A stretch of 64,000 nucleotides of DNA from NCBI GenBank assembly GCA_038748025.1, contig JBCDJI010000014.1, forward strand, positions 3,539-67,538. Reading direction: 5' to 3'. The stretch is from Verrucomicrobiota bacterium. Lineage in GTDB: Bacteria; Verrucomicrobiota; Verrucomicrobiia; Methylacidiphilales; JBCBYL01. Of the stretch, positions 1-9,278 are shown one piece after another. The notes under the pieces are model-generated. The model worked only from the letters and a program-made list of their open reading frames with translations, ran no database searches and had not been told where the DNA came from. The stretch's first letter is position 1, and every line of letters starts with the position of its first letter. Made by a program: the position numbers and the translations under genes.

Positions 1-1079
1 GATCCGTGATTCCTCCGATATACCAGACTTCCACTTTCGAGTACGGGAATGCAGGTGGGTTTGATTATACCCGCTCCGGTAATCCCAATTTCCGGAATCT
101 GGATGCGGTGGTGGCTGCCGCTGAAGGGGCTGAGTTCTGCACGTCTTTCGGTTCCGGGGTTTCGGCGATTACGGCAGTAGTCTCAACGTTGAAATCCGGG
201 GATGTGGTGTTGGCTGAAGAAAATATTTACGGCTGTACCTACCGCCTGTTTGAACAGGTCTTTAAAAAATTTGGAGTAGCGGTCCAATATGTGGATTTTT
301 CGAACGAGGACGGTATCACTGCCATAACCAGCATCAAACCGAAGCTGATCTGGATTGAATCACCTACGAATCCACTGCTTAAGGTGCTGGATATTACTCG
401 TATTTCGAAACTGGCCAAGGCGATGGAGGCCGACGTGCTAGTGGATAATACCTTTGCGTCCAGCTATCTGCAGCAACCGCTGGAACTGGGGGCCACGCTG
501 TCGCTTTTGAGCACCACCAAATATACCAACGGGCATTCAGATGCGATGGGTGGTGCGGTGTGCACCAATTCTGAGGAGTGGCAGGAGAAGATGATTTTTG
601 CGCAGAAGGCGTTGGGTTTGCAGCCTTCGCCCTTCGGTGCCTGGCTGACCGTTCGCGGAGCCAAAACTCAGCAGATCCGAATGGAACGGCACAGTCGTAA
701 TGCTTTGCGTGTGGCCGAGTTTCTGGAATCACAGACGCGGGTGAACTGGGTGCGTTATCCTTTTTTAAAGTCCCATCCCCAATACAAACTGGCGAAAAAG
801 CAGATGAAGGGTGGCAGTGGCATTATCACGATGGAACTCCACTGTTCGAAGGAATCGGCATTGGAGTTCTGCAAGGAGCTGACACTGTTTGCCATGGCGG
901 AGAGTTTGGGGGGTATTGAATCGCTGATCTGCCACCCTGCCACTATGACCCATGCCTCAGTGCCGGAGCATGTGCGGCAGGCTGTCGGCATCAGCGATTC
1001 ATTGGTGCGCCTGTCGGTGGGTATTGAAAATGAAGGTGATTTGGTGACAGATCTGGGGCAGGCATTGGAAGTCTTCTAA
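1..1079 (+). CDS. Cys/Met-metabolism PLP-dependent enzyme (cystathionine gamma-synthase/beta-lyase family); 5' end probably cut by window edge
   Basis: The reading frame of ORF 6..1079 has no in-frame stop between position 3 and 6 (window-edge codon tcc). It has an N-terminal PIYQTSTFEY motif, a PLP-lysine motif STTKYTNGHSDAMGG, and a family-typical C-terminus LVRLSVGIE. Confidence 0.85.
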   Translation, partial: SVIPPIYQTSTFEYGNAGGFDYTRSGNPNFRNLDAVVAAAEGAEFCTSFGSGVSAITAVVSTLKSGDVVLAEENIYGCTYRLFEQVFKKFGVAVQYVDFSNEDGITAITSIKPKLIWIESPTNPLLKVLDITRISKLAKAMEADVLVDNTFASSYLQQPLELGATLSLLSTTKYTNGHSDAMGGAVCTNSEEWQEKMIFAQKALGLQPSPFGAWLTVRGAKTQQIRMERHSRNALRVAEFLESQTRVNWVRYPFLKSHPQYKLAKKQMKGGSGIITMELHCSKESALEFCKELTLFAMAESLGGIESLICHPATMTHASVPEHVRQAVGISDSLVRLSVGIENEGDLVTDLGQALEVF

Positions 1080-1081
1080 GG

Positions 1082-2560
1082 GTGGCCGTGAGGAATTTGC
1101 TGATAGAGCCGTTGTGGGAGGCACGGGATCTTGGTAAACCGATTGCGGACTCGCCACACGCGGTATCCGTATGTCTGCCGTTGTGGGAGCATGTCGTTAG
1201 ATACGAAGAGAATGATCCAGCAATTGTCAAGGCGATGTGGTGTGGTTATCCACGGTTTGTGATGCATCCGCAGTTGAAGCAGCTGCACGATCGGTTACTC
1301 GTCGATTACGGGCAGTCTGGTGGATGCTGTTTATCCTTTTGTGATCTTTCAGCGGCTCGGCGATGTCTGGATTTTCTTAAGGGCGAAGGCCGGGTGGTTG
1401 ACGTTGATCAAGGTTCTTTGGCGGCCTGTTTCTTTCCAGAGCAGCATTTTGAACTCGCTTGCCAGTATCGTCGACATACTGGAGAGATTGTCAGTTCGCG
1501 CCAGGCCGATGCATTTCTAAAGAATCAGCTGGTAAAACGCGCTGAGGAAGCAGAGCTTTCGATTCGACAGCGCTTGGCAGACTGGAACGGCCAGGAGGTG
1601 GCAGATGTATTCCTCTATGGCAACGGCATGGCGGCGCATTATCACCTGCATCGTGCCATTCAGACCGGTCTGGGTGGTGGGAATTCAATTCAGTTCGGAT
1701 TTCCGTATGTGGACATTCTCAAGGTGCAGCAGAAATTTCCACCCGGTGTAGACTTTATCTGGGATAACGGTCCTGCCGGATTCCAGCAGCTGAAGCAGCG
1801 ACTGGAGCAGGGCCATGTCATGGCCGTATATGCGGAATTGCCGAACAACCCGCTACTTTCGATGCCGGATTGCATTCAGCTGAAGGAACTGTGCCAAAAA
1901 TATCAGGTGCCGCTACTGGTGGATGATACGGTCGGCAGCTATGCCAATGTGGATTCCTTCCGCATTGCAGACGTGACCTATTCCAGTCTAACCAAATATT
2001 TCAATGGCGCTTGTGATGCCATGGGCGGCACGGTAATCGTTAACGGGAACTCACCATTCCGGGATCGGATCCACGCGGCATTACGGGATGCCGGCGGCGA
2101 CGGATTGTATGGCGAAGATGCAGTTGTGTTGGAAGCGAACAGTCAGGACTATCCGGAGCGGATGGCACAGATGAATCAGACGACTGAATCTCTGGCGGAC
2201 TTCTTGCAGCAGCATCCCAAGGTGGCACGGGTCCATTATCCGAAGCTGCAGGACAATGCATGCTATGAAGCCATACGCAAGGAAGGGGGCGGTTATGGTG
2301 GATTACTTTCCATTGAACTGTTAAATCCGGAAACGAATGCGCCTGCCTTTTATGATAAGCTGCGTCTGAACAAAGGGCCGACCCTGGGAACCAATTTTTC
2401 ACTGGCGTGCCCCTATACGCTGCTGGCGCACTACGATGAGCTGGAATGGGCGGAATCCTGTGGGGTCAGTCGCTGGCTGATCCGGATTTCGATCGGCCTG
2501 GAGCCGGAAAGCGAAATTATTTCCCGCTTCACGGAGGCGTTGGATGGACTGCCGTCATGA
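1082..2560 (+). CDS. Second PLP-dependent enzyme of the Cys/Met-metabolism family, with a ~130-aa N-terminal extension
   Basis: This 492-aa ORF begins 3 nt after the upstream stop. Its PLP-lysine motif SSLTKYFNGACDAMGG and C-terminal LIRISIGLE parallel gene 1. Confidence 0.7.
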   Translation: MAVRNLLIEPLWEARDLGKPIADSPHAVSVCLPLWEHVVRYEENDPAIVKAMWCGYPRFVMHPQLKQLHDRLLVDYGQSGGCCLSFCDLSAARRCLDFLKGEGRVVDVDQGSLAACFFPEQHFELACQYRRHTGEIVSSRQADAFLKNQLVKRAEEAELSIRQRLADWNGQEVADVFLYGNGMAAHYHLHRAIQTGLGGGNSIQFGFPYVDILKVQQKFPPGVDFIWDNGPAGFQQLKQRLEQGHVMAVYAELPNNPLLSMPDCIQLKELCQKYQVPLLVDDTVGSYANVDSFRIADVTYSSLTKYFNGACDAMGGTVIVNGNSPFRDRIHAALRDAGGDGLYGEDAVVLEANSQDYPERMAQMNQTTESLADFLQQHPKVARVHYPKLQDNACYEAIRKEGGGYGGLLSIELLNPETNAPAFYDKLRLNKGPTLGTNFSLACPYTLLAHYDELEWAESCGVSRWLIRISIGLEPESEIISRFTEALDGLPS

Positions 2561-2964
2561 GTGAGAATGCATTGTTTGTCTACGGTTCACTTCTCTCGAT
2601 GGAGGTCTTAGAGATGGTCATCGGACGGGTGGCTGAATCGCAAGCGGCGGAGCTGAAAGGATATGCCTGTTATTATGTTGAGGGGGCGACATTTCCCGCG
2701 ATCGTAACAGAGCGTGGTGCCAAGACCCCGGGGAAAATTCTCAATGATCTGACCGCGGCTGAGATAGCGACTTTGGATCGGTATGAAGACACCTTTTATC
2801 AGCGGACTTTAGTTGAGGTTCAATCCGGGGGGGAATCAATCCTTGTCATGGCCTATGTGGTTCCAGATACATATCGATATGTCCTGTCTGCTAAATCATG
2901 GACCTGGGAAGACTTTGAGCAATACCATCTGGCGGATTACATAGCTCGGATGCGCGGTGTCTAG
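2557..2964 (+). CDS. Gamma-glutamylcyclotransferase-like (AIG2/GGACT family) protein
   Basis: The ATG at 2557 overlaps the upstream TGA (ATGA coupling). The pattern LFVYGSL...GY..Y......FPAIV...PGKIL...LDRYEDTFYQR matches the AIG2-like family. Confidence 0.6.
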   Translation: MSENALFVYGSLLSMEVLEMVIGRVAESQAAELKGYACYYVEGATFPAIVTERGAKTPGKILNDLTAAEIATLDRYEDTFYQRTLVEVQSGGESILVMAYVVPDTYRYVLSAKSWTWEDFEQYHLADYIARMRGV

Positions 2965-3416
2965 AGTGATTCGAGCAGTGTGGGAACCATTTCGATATTC
3001 AGTTCCGGATACATTTTTTGTACCAGCTCCATATTGGAGCTGCCTTCTACACTGAGTGGTTTCCGGGTCTGGTTGTCAGCCAGCCATTGGTTGCCATATT
3101 TATCCCAGTAATGCACAACAACGTGTGATCCGATGTCTCCCTTCTCATCGCTCCAATTGAAAAAAATCATACTGGAGAGCAGCCCGGCCTCAAAATAAAG
3201 CTGACGTTGCAGCTCCTGAGCATAGGGGAAGCAGTGATGCAGTTTTCCCTTTCCACTGACGGACTCGGAGCTGGCAATACGATAGTGTTTAGGCAGATAA
3301 CGGTGGTCGGCCTCTGCATTTACGATAGCGCCCGTAATGACTAAGGTCGTTAAAAGGAGCATGGGGAGAAATGCCCTGAAAAGCTCCTGGGGAGACAGAA
3401 TAGTTACGCTTTTCAT
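2961..3416 (-). CDS. Hypothetical secreted protein with a Cys...His...Asp arrangement
   Basis: 151-aa ORF with an N-terminal hydrophobic signal-like segment (LPMLLLTTLVITGAIVNA). It carries HHCFPYAQEL, then GSHVVVHYWD, then WLADN. Confidence 0.45.
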   Translation of the reverse strand: MKSVTILSPQELFRAFLPMLLLTTLVITGAIVNAEADHRYLPKHYRIASSESVSGKGKLHHCFPYAQELQRQLYFEAGLLSSMIFFNWSDEKGDIGSHVVVHYWDKYGNQWLADNQTRKPLSVEGSSNMELVQKMYPELNIEMVPTLLESL

Positions 3417-3496
3417 ATAAAAATTATAATATTAACTAAGCAGATTTCAACGCTGCTTTCTTTCTGAATATAAAGCAGGATAAATGCCGGATCGGT

Positions 3497-4189
3497 TTAG
3501 AATTTGAACCAGCGGTCCAGCAGGTCAAATAGCGTATCTTTGCAGGAGGCTTGATGATACTCGGCTCCGGAAAGAATATCTTTCGGCTGCGAAATGTAAG
3601 GGCCACTCCAATCCGGTAGCCGAGTATCATTTATAAGCTCTTTGATCACGGAATGGCTGATTTCAATATGAAACTGTAGTCCAATACACTTTTCGATGGC
3701 AAAGCCCTGATTAATGCAGCCTTCTGTGCTGCCGAGCAGGGTGGCCCCATCGGGGAGTTCAAAGGTATCACCATGCCAGTGAAATACGGGAAGCTGATCC
3801 GGAAAAGCGCTGAGAACGGGATTTTGCGAAGCAGCATCGGTGCGTGATAGTGGCAGCCAGCCGAGTTCCTGATGAGGATTCGGGAAAACGTGTTTACCGA
3901 GTGCGGCTGCGATCAGTTGTGCGCCCAGACAAATTCCCAGAACCGGGATATCAGCAGCTATGGCTTGTCGGATGTAGACTTTTTCAGCAGCCAGCCAGGG
4001 ATGTGCTTGCTCGTCATCCACATTCATCGGACCACCCATAATGATGAGGTGTTCGGGTAGTGATGTTGGAGCTTGTGGAATCTGATACCAGTGATGCTCG
4101 GCTATATCGCAACCTGCAGCCGTCGCCCAGTCCCGGATCATGGCAGGACCTTCGTAGGGAACATGTTTCAGCACGAGAATATTGGGCAT
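3497..4189 (-). CDS. Class I glutamine amidotransferase-like protein
   Basis: The nucleophile elbow PVLGICLGAQL and the FHWHGDTF motif are typical of GATase1 (GuaA-like) domains. The protein is 230 aa. Confidence 0.8.
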   Translation of the reverse strand: MPNILVLKHVPYEGPAMIRDWATAAGCDIAEHHWYQIPQAPTSLPEHLIIMGGPMNVDDEQAHPWLAAEKVYIRQAIAADIPVLGICLGAQLIAAALGKHVFPNPHQELGWLPLSRTDAASQNPVLSAFPDQLPVFHWHGDTFELPDGATLLGSTEGCINQGFAIEKCIGLQFHIEISHSVIKELINDTRLPDWSGPYISQPKDILSGAEYHQASCKDTLFDLLDRWFKF

Positions 4190-4254
4190 ACCTCTTGAAT
4201 AAGCATCTCAAGATTACTTTTCAATAGAAAGATGTGAGTCTATATTTTTGTCAG

Positions 4255-5640
4255 ATGGAATTGAAGCTTTACAACACATGGAGTCGGAAAAGTGAGCCAG
4301 TTTATGCCTCGGATCATGAGCAGCTGCGCTTTTACTGTTGCGGGCCAACCGTTTACGGGCCAGCGCATATTGGTAATTTTCGGACCTTCATTATGCAGGA
4401 CCTGCTCCGCAGGGTAGTGGAAGGCATCGGAATCCCGACGCGACATATTCGTAATATTACCGATGTGGATGATAAAACCATTCGTGGGTCCCAGGCAGAA
4501 GAAAGAACACTGGGGGAATTCACCTCACACTGGAGGCAGGTGTTCGAACGGGATTGTGAGTCATTAAATCTCTTACCTCCGCATGTCGCGCCTTCCGCGG
4601 TGGAGCATATTCCTGAGCAGATTGAGATGATCAAAGGCCTGATTTCCAGAAACCTGGCTTACATCAGTGATGAAGGATCCGTGTATTTCCGGATATCGGC
4701 ATTCGAAAACTATGGCAGATTGGCCGGGCTGAATCCGGATGAGCTCAAAACTAACGCCGATCAGCGCCTCAACGATGCGGATGAATATGAGAAAGAAGGG
4801 GTCAACGATTTCGCGCTGTGGAAAGCCTGGAAGCCGGAAGATGGTGAAAACCAATGGGACAGTCCCTGGGGGCCAGGCCGTCCGGGGTGGCATATCGAAT
4901 GCAGTGCCATGAGTTGTAAGTATCTGGGTCACTCGTTCGACCTTCATTCCGGTGGAGTAGATCTCATCTTCCCGCACCATGAAAACGAGATCGCTCAGAG
5001 TGAAGGCTACAGTGGTGAGAAGTTTGTCCGTCACTGGTTCCATGTCGCCCATCTGCGGATTGAAGGTGACAAGATGAGCAAGTCATTAGGGAATCTATAC
5101 ACTTTGAAAGATATTGAGGGCTGGGGCTTTACCGGACAGGAACTGCGTTACGTGCTGTTATCCGGACATTATCGGCAGCCTTTGAACTTTACCAGGGACT
5201 CTTTAAGCGCCGCGAAGTCAGGACTCAATCGGATCACAAAGGTAGCCTCGGCTATCGGGGTTAAAGCAGCGACGCATGATTATAAATATGGACGGTTTGC
5301 GCCGGTGATGGAAGCGCTCTGTGACGATCTCAATACGGCCAAGGCATTAGGAGCATTGTTTACCGTGGTGGGTGAAATAGAGCAGGAACTCAAGGTGGGG
5401 CAGGCGGTAGATGCTACTGGATTGGCGGGTATTCTGGATGTCTTTGGATTTAAATTTTCGGATGAGCCTGAAGCGGACATATTGGCTCCTGCGGGCGTGC
5501 TGGTATTGGCGGAGGAACGTCTGCAGGCGCGCATGGATAAAAACTGGGTCCGCTCCGATGAATTGCGCGATGAAATCGCGGATCAAGGATGGATCATCAA
5601 GGATTCCAAAGCAGGTTTTGAACTGGAACCTGTCAAGTGA
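4255..5640 (+). CDS. cysS: Cysteine--tRNA ligase
   Basis: HIGN (HIGH-type) and KMSKSLGN motifs, with class I CysS architecture. The start is taken at MELKLYNTWSRK; the ORF stays open back to 4234. Confidence 0.95.
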   Translation: MELKLYNTWSRKSEPVYASDHEQLRFYCCGPTVYGPAHIGNFRTFIMQDLLRRVVEGIGIPTRHIRNITDVDDKTIRGSQAEERTLGEFTSHWRQVFERDCESLNLLPPHVAPSAVEHIPEQIEMIKGLISRNLAYISDEGSVYFRISAFENYGRLAGLNPDELKTNADQRLNDADEYEKEGVNDFALWKAWKPEDGENQWDSPWGPGRPGWHIECSAMSCKYLGHSFDLHSGGVDLIFPHHENEIAQSEGYSGEKFVRHWFHVAHLRIEGDKMSKSLGNLYTLKDIEGWGFTGQELRYVLLSGHYRQPLNFTRDSLSAAKSGLNRITKVASAIGVKAATHDYKYGRFAPVMEALCDDLNTAKALGALFTVVGEIEQELKVGQAVDATGLAGILDVFGFKFSDEPEADILAPAGVLVLAEERLQARMDKNWVRSDELRDEIADQGWIIKDSKAGFELEPVK

Positions 5641-5679
5641 ACACTCCGTGTCAGGACACGTCCTTTCAAAGGATTTTGT

Positions 5680-5934
5680 ATGATTGCTAAAGCGTTCATG
5701 CTGCTGATTCGCGGATACCAGCTGGTACTCTCACCTGTGATTACCGCGTTGTCGGGTGGGGCCGGCTGCTGCCGTTTCAGTCCGACCTGTTCGGAGTATG
5801 CGATTCAGGCCCTGCAACAACACGGAGCGATACGTGGTAGCTGGCTAGCGGTTCGGCGTATCCTGCGTTGCCATCCCTGGGGAGGAGCCGGCTTAGATCC
5901 GGTTCCGGCTCCAGAGCATTCCCATGATCATTGA
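5680..5934 (+). CDS. yidD: Membrane protein insertion efficiency factor YidD
   Basis: 84 aa. [11 protein letters not shown]...[19 protein letters not shown] is the YidD signature. Confidence 0.9.
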   Translation: MIAKAFMLLIRGYQLVLSPVITALSGGAGCCRFSPTCSEYAIQALQQHGAIRGSWLAVRRILRCHPWGGAGLDPVPAPEHSHDH

Positions 5935-6400
5935 GCAGGATGAGCACTTCATGCGGCGGGCTATTGAGCTGGCTGCTGCGGTCGACCCGAAACAGACCGA
6001 TCCCAATCCGCGGGTGGGATGTGTGATCGTTCTGGATGGTGAAATTATTGCGGAAGGTGCTCATCAGCAAGATGGGGGGCCACATGCCGAGGTCGCAGCA
6101 TTCCATGCTTTAGGAGAACGTAAGGTAGTAAGTGCAACCTTGTATGTGACACTGGAGCCCTGCTCGACTCCCGGTCGCACAGGTGCCTGCACGGATGTGA
6201 TTATACGCTCGGGCATGATTCAACGGGTTGTTTTTGGGGATCTGGATCCAAACCCGGCACATCGTGGTCATGCAGAAGAAGTCTTAGCTGCTGCGGGGAT
6301 CGAAGTTGAAAGTAACTGTTTGCAGAAACTGTGTTCAGATCTAAATCCTGAGTTTTATCGCCGCATGCAAAATATAGACTCACGTATCAAGCCTGCTTAA
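5924..6400 (+). CDS. Riboflavin-type pyrimidine deaminase domain protein (CMP/dCMP deaminase fold, RibD N-terminal-like, no reductase domain)
   Basis: Zinc motifs HAEVAAF and [14 protein letters not shown]. The protein is only 158 aa. It overlaps yidD by 11 nt. Confidence 0.75.
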   Translation: MIIEQDEHFMRRAIELAAAVDPKQTDPNPRVGCVIVLDGEIIAEGAHQQDGGPHAEVAAFHALGERKVVSATLYVTLEPCSTPGRTGACTDVIIRSGMIQRVVFGDLDPNPAHRGHAEEVLAAAGIEVESNCLQKLCSDLNPEFYRRMQNIDSRIKPA

Positions 6401-9002
6401 GCAGATTTTCTGAAGACAAGTTTCCCATACGCCTGTTGATCCATTCAAAGCCGTAAACAGCAACAGTCATACTCAACAACATAACACCCGCTGTCATTAA
6501 AAACTGATATTGCGCATTCGGGTGAACGGGAACCAGTGCCCACCACAGGCTGGTGCTCCACATCGTCAGACACATCAGGCCGGCACAGATCAAATGTGAT
6601 TTCAGGTCCTCCGCATGAATCTTTTGGGGAGAACCCGCCAGGTATCCGGCAATTCCCGAGAGAAACATCAGCAGATACATCGGGTTGAACAGGGAAGCAA
6701 TCCCCTCGCCAAAAGGTGAATCGGCACAGCCACACAGGCAGACGCCTTCAAAGACAACCGGGCGCCAACCGGCCAGGATGATCCAGCCGGCCAACATACC
6801 TGCGGTGCACCAGACATAACAGAGCCCACAGCCGAGGCGGTATCGCGACAGACTGAAACTGTTCCGTAACAGTAACCAGATCATGACACCGGTGATACTT
6901 AAAACCGTAATCGCTCCCTGCCAGCCGAAACTGCCGGCATATGCAAAGAGGATAGCGGATACGATCATCCCGGAACTGATCCAGACATACGAGTATCTGG
7001 AACCTTGCTGTTTCGTCTGTTTGCGCTGCAAAGGCAATACCCCGTTTAGCGAGGTATGCGCATTTTTTAGCGCGCGACCGGAAACGGTGGTACTGCTTGC
7101 CAGCATCAGGAGTGCGGCCCAGACCGGGTTCAAAATACCGGTAGCCGCCAGGGTGATACCGATCGCGTTGTAACTGGCGGCAAACACTAAATTACTGCGC
7201 AGGGTATGGATGGTCTTGTTGGAGAGCTGTAATGCAGTGAGCAGCGGGCTGATGTTTTCAGTACGGATCACTGCCTGCGCCGTCTGGGAGGCGATGTCAC
7301 AGCTGCCTGCAATGGCGATGCTGGCGTGAGCGGCATCCAGTGCCGGGGCGTCATTGGTGCCATCGCCGATGAACAAGACGTGGTTTCCTTTGTTTTGCAA
7401 CTCCACTATTTTTGAGCGTTTTTTTGAAGGTGTCAGGCCTGCCTCAAAGTCAATTCCCGCTGGAATGAGAGCTGCCAGAGGTGCATGTTGATCGCCCGAG
7501 AGCAGTTGAACCTGGTAGCCGGCTTTTTGTAACGTTCGGATCGTTGCTACTGAATCTGCCCGCAGTTGTTCGGTAAAATGTGCCACGCCAGCCAGCTGGT
7601 TGTTGATTTTTACGTAAACGGCCCGCTCTCCTGGTAGACAGTCCGGGGATTGTGCACAATTTTTCAGGGTCTGCTTATCTTTGGCAGTGAGGAGTCTTTC
7701 ATTGCCAATACGGAGGGTATTGTGATCATTCAAAATCCCTGAAAGCCCGACTCCGGGAATGGCGGAACAGTGCAGGGCTCGCTTGCCGGTCTGCCAGCTC
7801 TGGAACAGGCGGGCAATCGGGTGCCTGGATTCCAGTTGGATGGCAGCGATGGCAGCTTTCAGGTCGCTTTCAGAAAACCCTGGAAAGGTATAAAATTCCT
7901 TAAGTCTTGGCTCGATTTCACTCAGAGTGCCGGTCTTGTCAAAAATGATGGTATCCACCCGATGCAGCCGTTCCATGAAATCACTTTGCCGGGTGGTAAT
8001 ACCGGCCTGATAGAGACGATTGACCGAGCTCCAGACAGCCAAGGGGGTCGCTAAGCCCAAGGCACAGGGGCAGGCCACCACGATCACCGCCAGGGCATGA
8101 AACAATGCCGTTTGCCATTCCGCCTGGAACCACCACCAGCCAAAGGTTACCAGAGCAATGGCTACTACAGCAGGGAAAAAGACACGAGCCACCTGCTCTG
8201 CCTGTAACTGGATACGCGATTGCTGCAGCCGGGATTGCTGTAGAGTCTGGAGCAAGGTATCTAATTCACGCTGGTTGCCCGCAGTGGTTGCTTGGACCAT
8301 CAACTCGCCATCCAGGTTATCGCTGCCTGCAAGAACGCGATCGCCCTGAGTGCGAGAGACGGCAAAGGGTTCACCGGTTAGCGGGGTCTCCTGCACCAAC
8401 CCGGTTCCCGACAGAATATGACCATCTACCGGAATGCCTTCCCCGGGTTTTATCAGGATTTCCTGTCCGGGTTGGATCGAATCACTGGCAACATACGTTC
8501 CATCGGCCAGACGAGCCTGTGCGTACCGCGAATGAACAGAGGTAATGGCCTGGAGGGCTTTATTCTTCTGGACCTTGGTCAAGGTTTGACCGAGCGAGTA
8601 AATAGCAACCAGGATAGCAACAACTTCATAATAAATATCTCCGGTTCGGGTGATAGAGGAATGCAAAGACGCACCAAAGGCTCCGGTAACACCTAAGAGA
8701 AATAAAGCTTCCATTCCCGGGCGGGCAGAGCGCACCTGGCGGTAAGCGATTTTAAGCATGCGAGTTCCCGCCAGCAGAAAAACCAGCAGAACGGCTGCGG
8801 CCAGTAAGGTATGTAAAATGATATAAGCCCAACCGGTCGGTGGAGAAAAGTTAACCCCTAGCCCGAAGATCATGGTCAGTCCGGATATGGCAAGTGCAAT
8901 GCCCAGCCTCAACCAGTAAAAGGCGTCAAATGGGCCGGTGGTGTCGCTAGTGGCGGGGTCAAGCGATTCAGGAGGCGAAGAGCAGCAACAGCAGGAACTC
9001 AC
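6387..9002 (-). CDS. Heavy-metal P1B-type ATPase (CcoI/FixI-like by context) with a CCCC N-terminus and a 224-aa polytopic C-terminal extension
   Basis: TGEP actuator motif (PLTGEPFAV), CPC in a TM helix (VVACPCALGLATP), DKTGTLS phosphorylation site and GDGTNDAPAL hinge. It sits directly downstream of ccoN/ccoO. Confidence 0.85.
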   Translation of the reverse strand: MSSCCCCSSPPESLDPATSDTTGPFDAFYWLRLGIALAISGLTMIFGLGVNFSPPTGWAYIILHTLLAAAVLLVFLLAGTRMLKIAYRQVRSARPGMEALFLLGVTGAFGASLHSSITRTGDIYYEVVAILVAIYSLGQTLTKVQKNKALQAITSVHSRYAQARLADGTYVASDSIQPGQEILIKPGEGIPVDGHILSGTGLVQETPLTGEPFAVSRTQGDRVLAGSDNLDGELMVQATTAGNQRELDTLLQTLQQSRLQQSRIQLQAEQVARVFFPAVVAIALVTFGWWWFQAEWQTALFHALAVIVVACPCALGLATPLAVWSSVNRLYQAGITTRQSDFMERLHRVDTIIFDKTGTLSEIEPRLKEFYTFPGFSESDLKAAIAAIQLESRHPIARLFQSWQTGKRALHCSAIPGVGLSGILNDHNTLRIGNERLLTAKDKQTLKNCAQSPDCLPGERAVYVKINNQLAGVAHFTEQLRADSVATIRTLQKAGYQVQLLSGDQHAPLAALIPAGIDFEAGLTPSKKRSKIVELQNKGNHVLFIGDGTNDAPALDAAHASIAIAGSCDIASQTAQAVIRTENISPLLTALQLSNKTIHTLRSNLVFAASYNAIGITLAATGILNPVWAALLMLASSTTVSGRALKNAHTSLNGVLPLQRKQTKQQGSRYSYVWISSGMIVSAILFAYAGSFGWQGAITVLSITGVMIWLLLRNSFSLSRYRLGCGLCYVWCTAGMLAGWIILAGWRPVVFEGVCLCGCADSPFGEGIASLFNPMYLLMFLSGIAGYLAGSPQKIHAEDLKSHLICAGLMCLTMWSTSLWWALVPVHPNAQYQFLMTAGVMLLSMTVAVYGFEWINRRMGNLSSENLLKQA

Positions 9003-9017
9003 GATAAGAAACCACTT

Positions 9018-9278
9018 TTATTGAAAAACGCCCAGTCGCTCGAGCGGGGTGCTCATGGATTTCCAGTCGAATTCACCTGCCAGCGTCAGTAAATACAGCG
9101 CTGCACCGATGAGCATGAAGATATAAAAATGACGTAAATACCATGGCACTTGCTTATAAAGCTCTCTGGGGTCCGGTAGTTCGCGCACGATGGCCTCGTG
9201 CACTGCGCGCACGTTCATGTCCTCGCCGCGATTGATCTTTTGAGTGTCTGGATGATGAGGTTGTGGTTTTGAATTCAT
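9018..9278 (-). CDS. Small single-TM membrane protein in the cco operon (CcoQ-like position; no heme motif)
   Basis: 86-aa ORF whose ATG overlaps the ccoO stop (ATGA). It has one hydrophobic helix (FYIFMLIGAALYLLTLAG) and no CXXCH. Confidence 0.4.
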   Translation of the reverse strand: MNSKPQPHHPDTQKINRGEDMNVRAVHEAIVRELPDPRELYKQVPWYLRHFYIFMLIGAALYLLTLAGEFDWKSMSTPLERLGVFQ

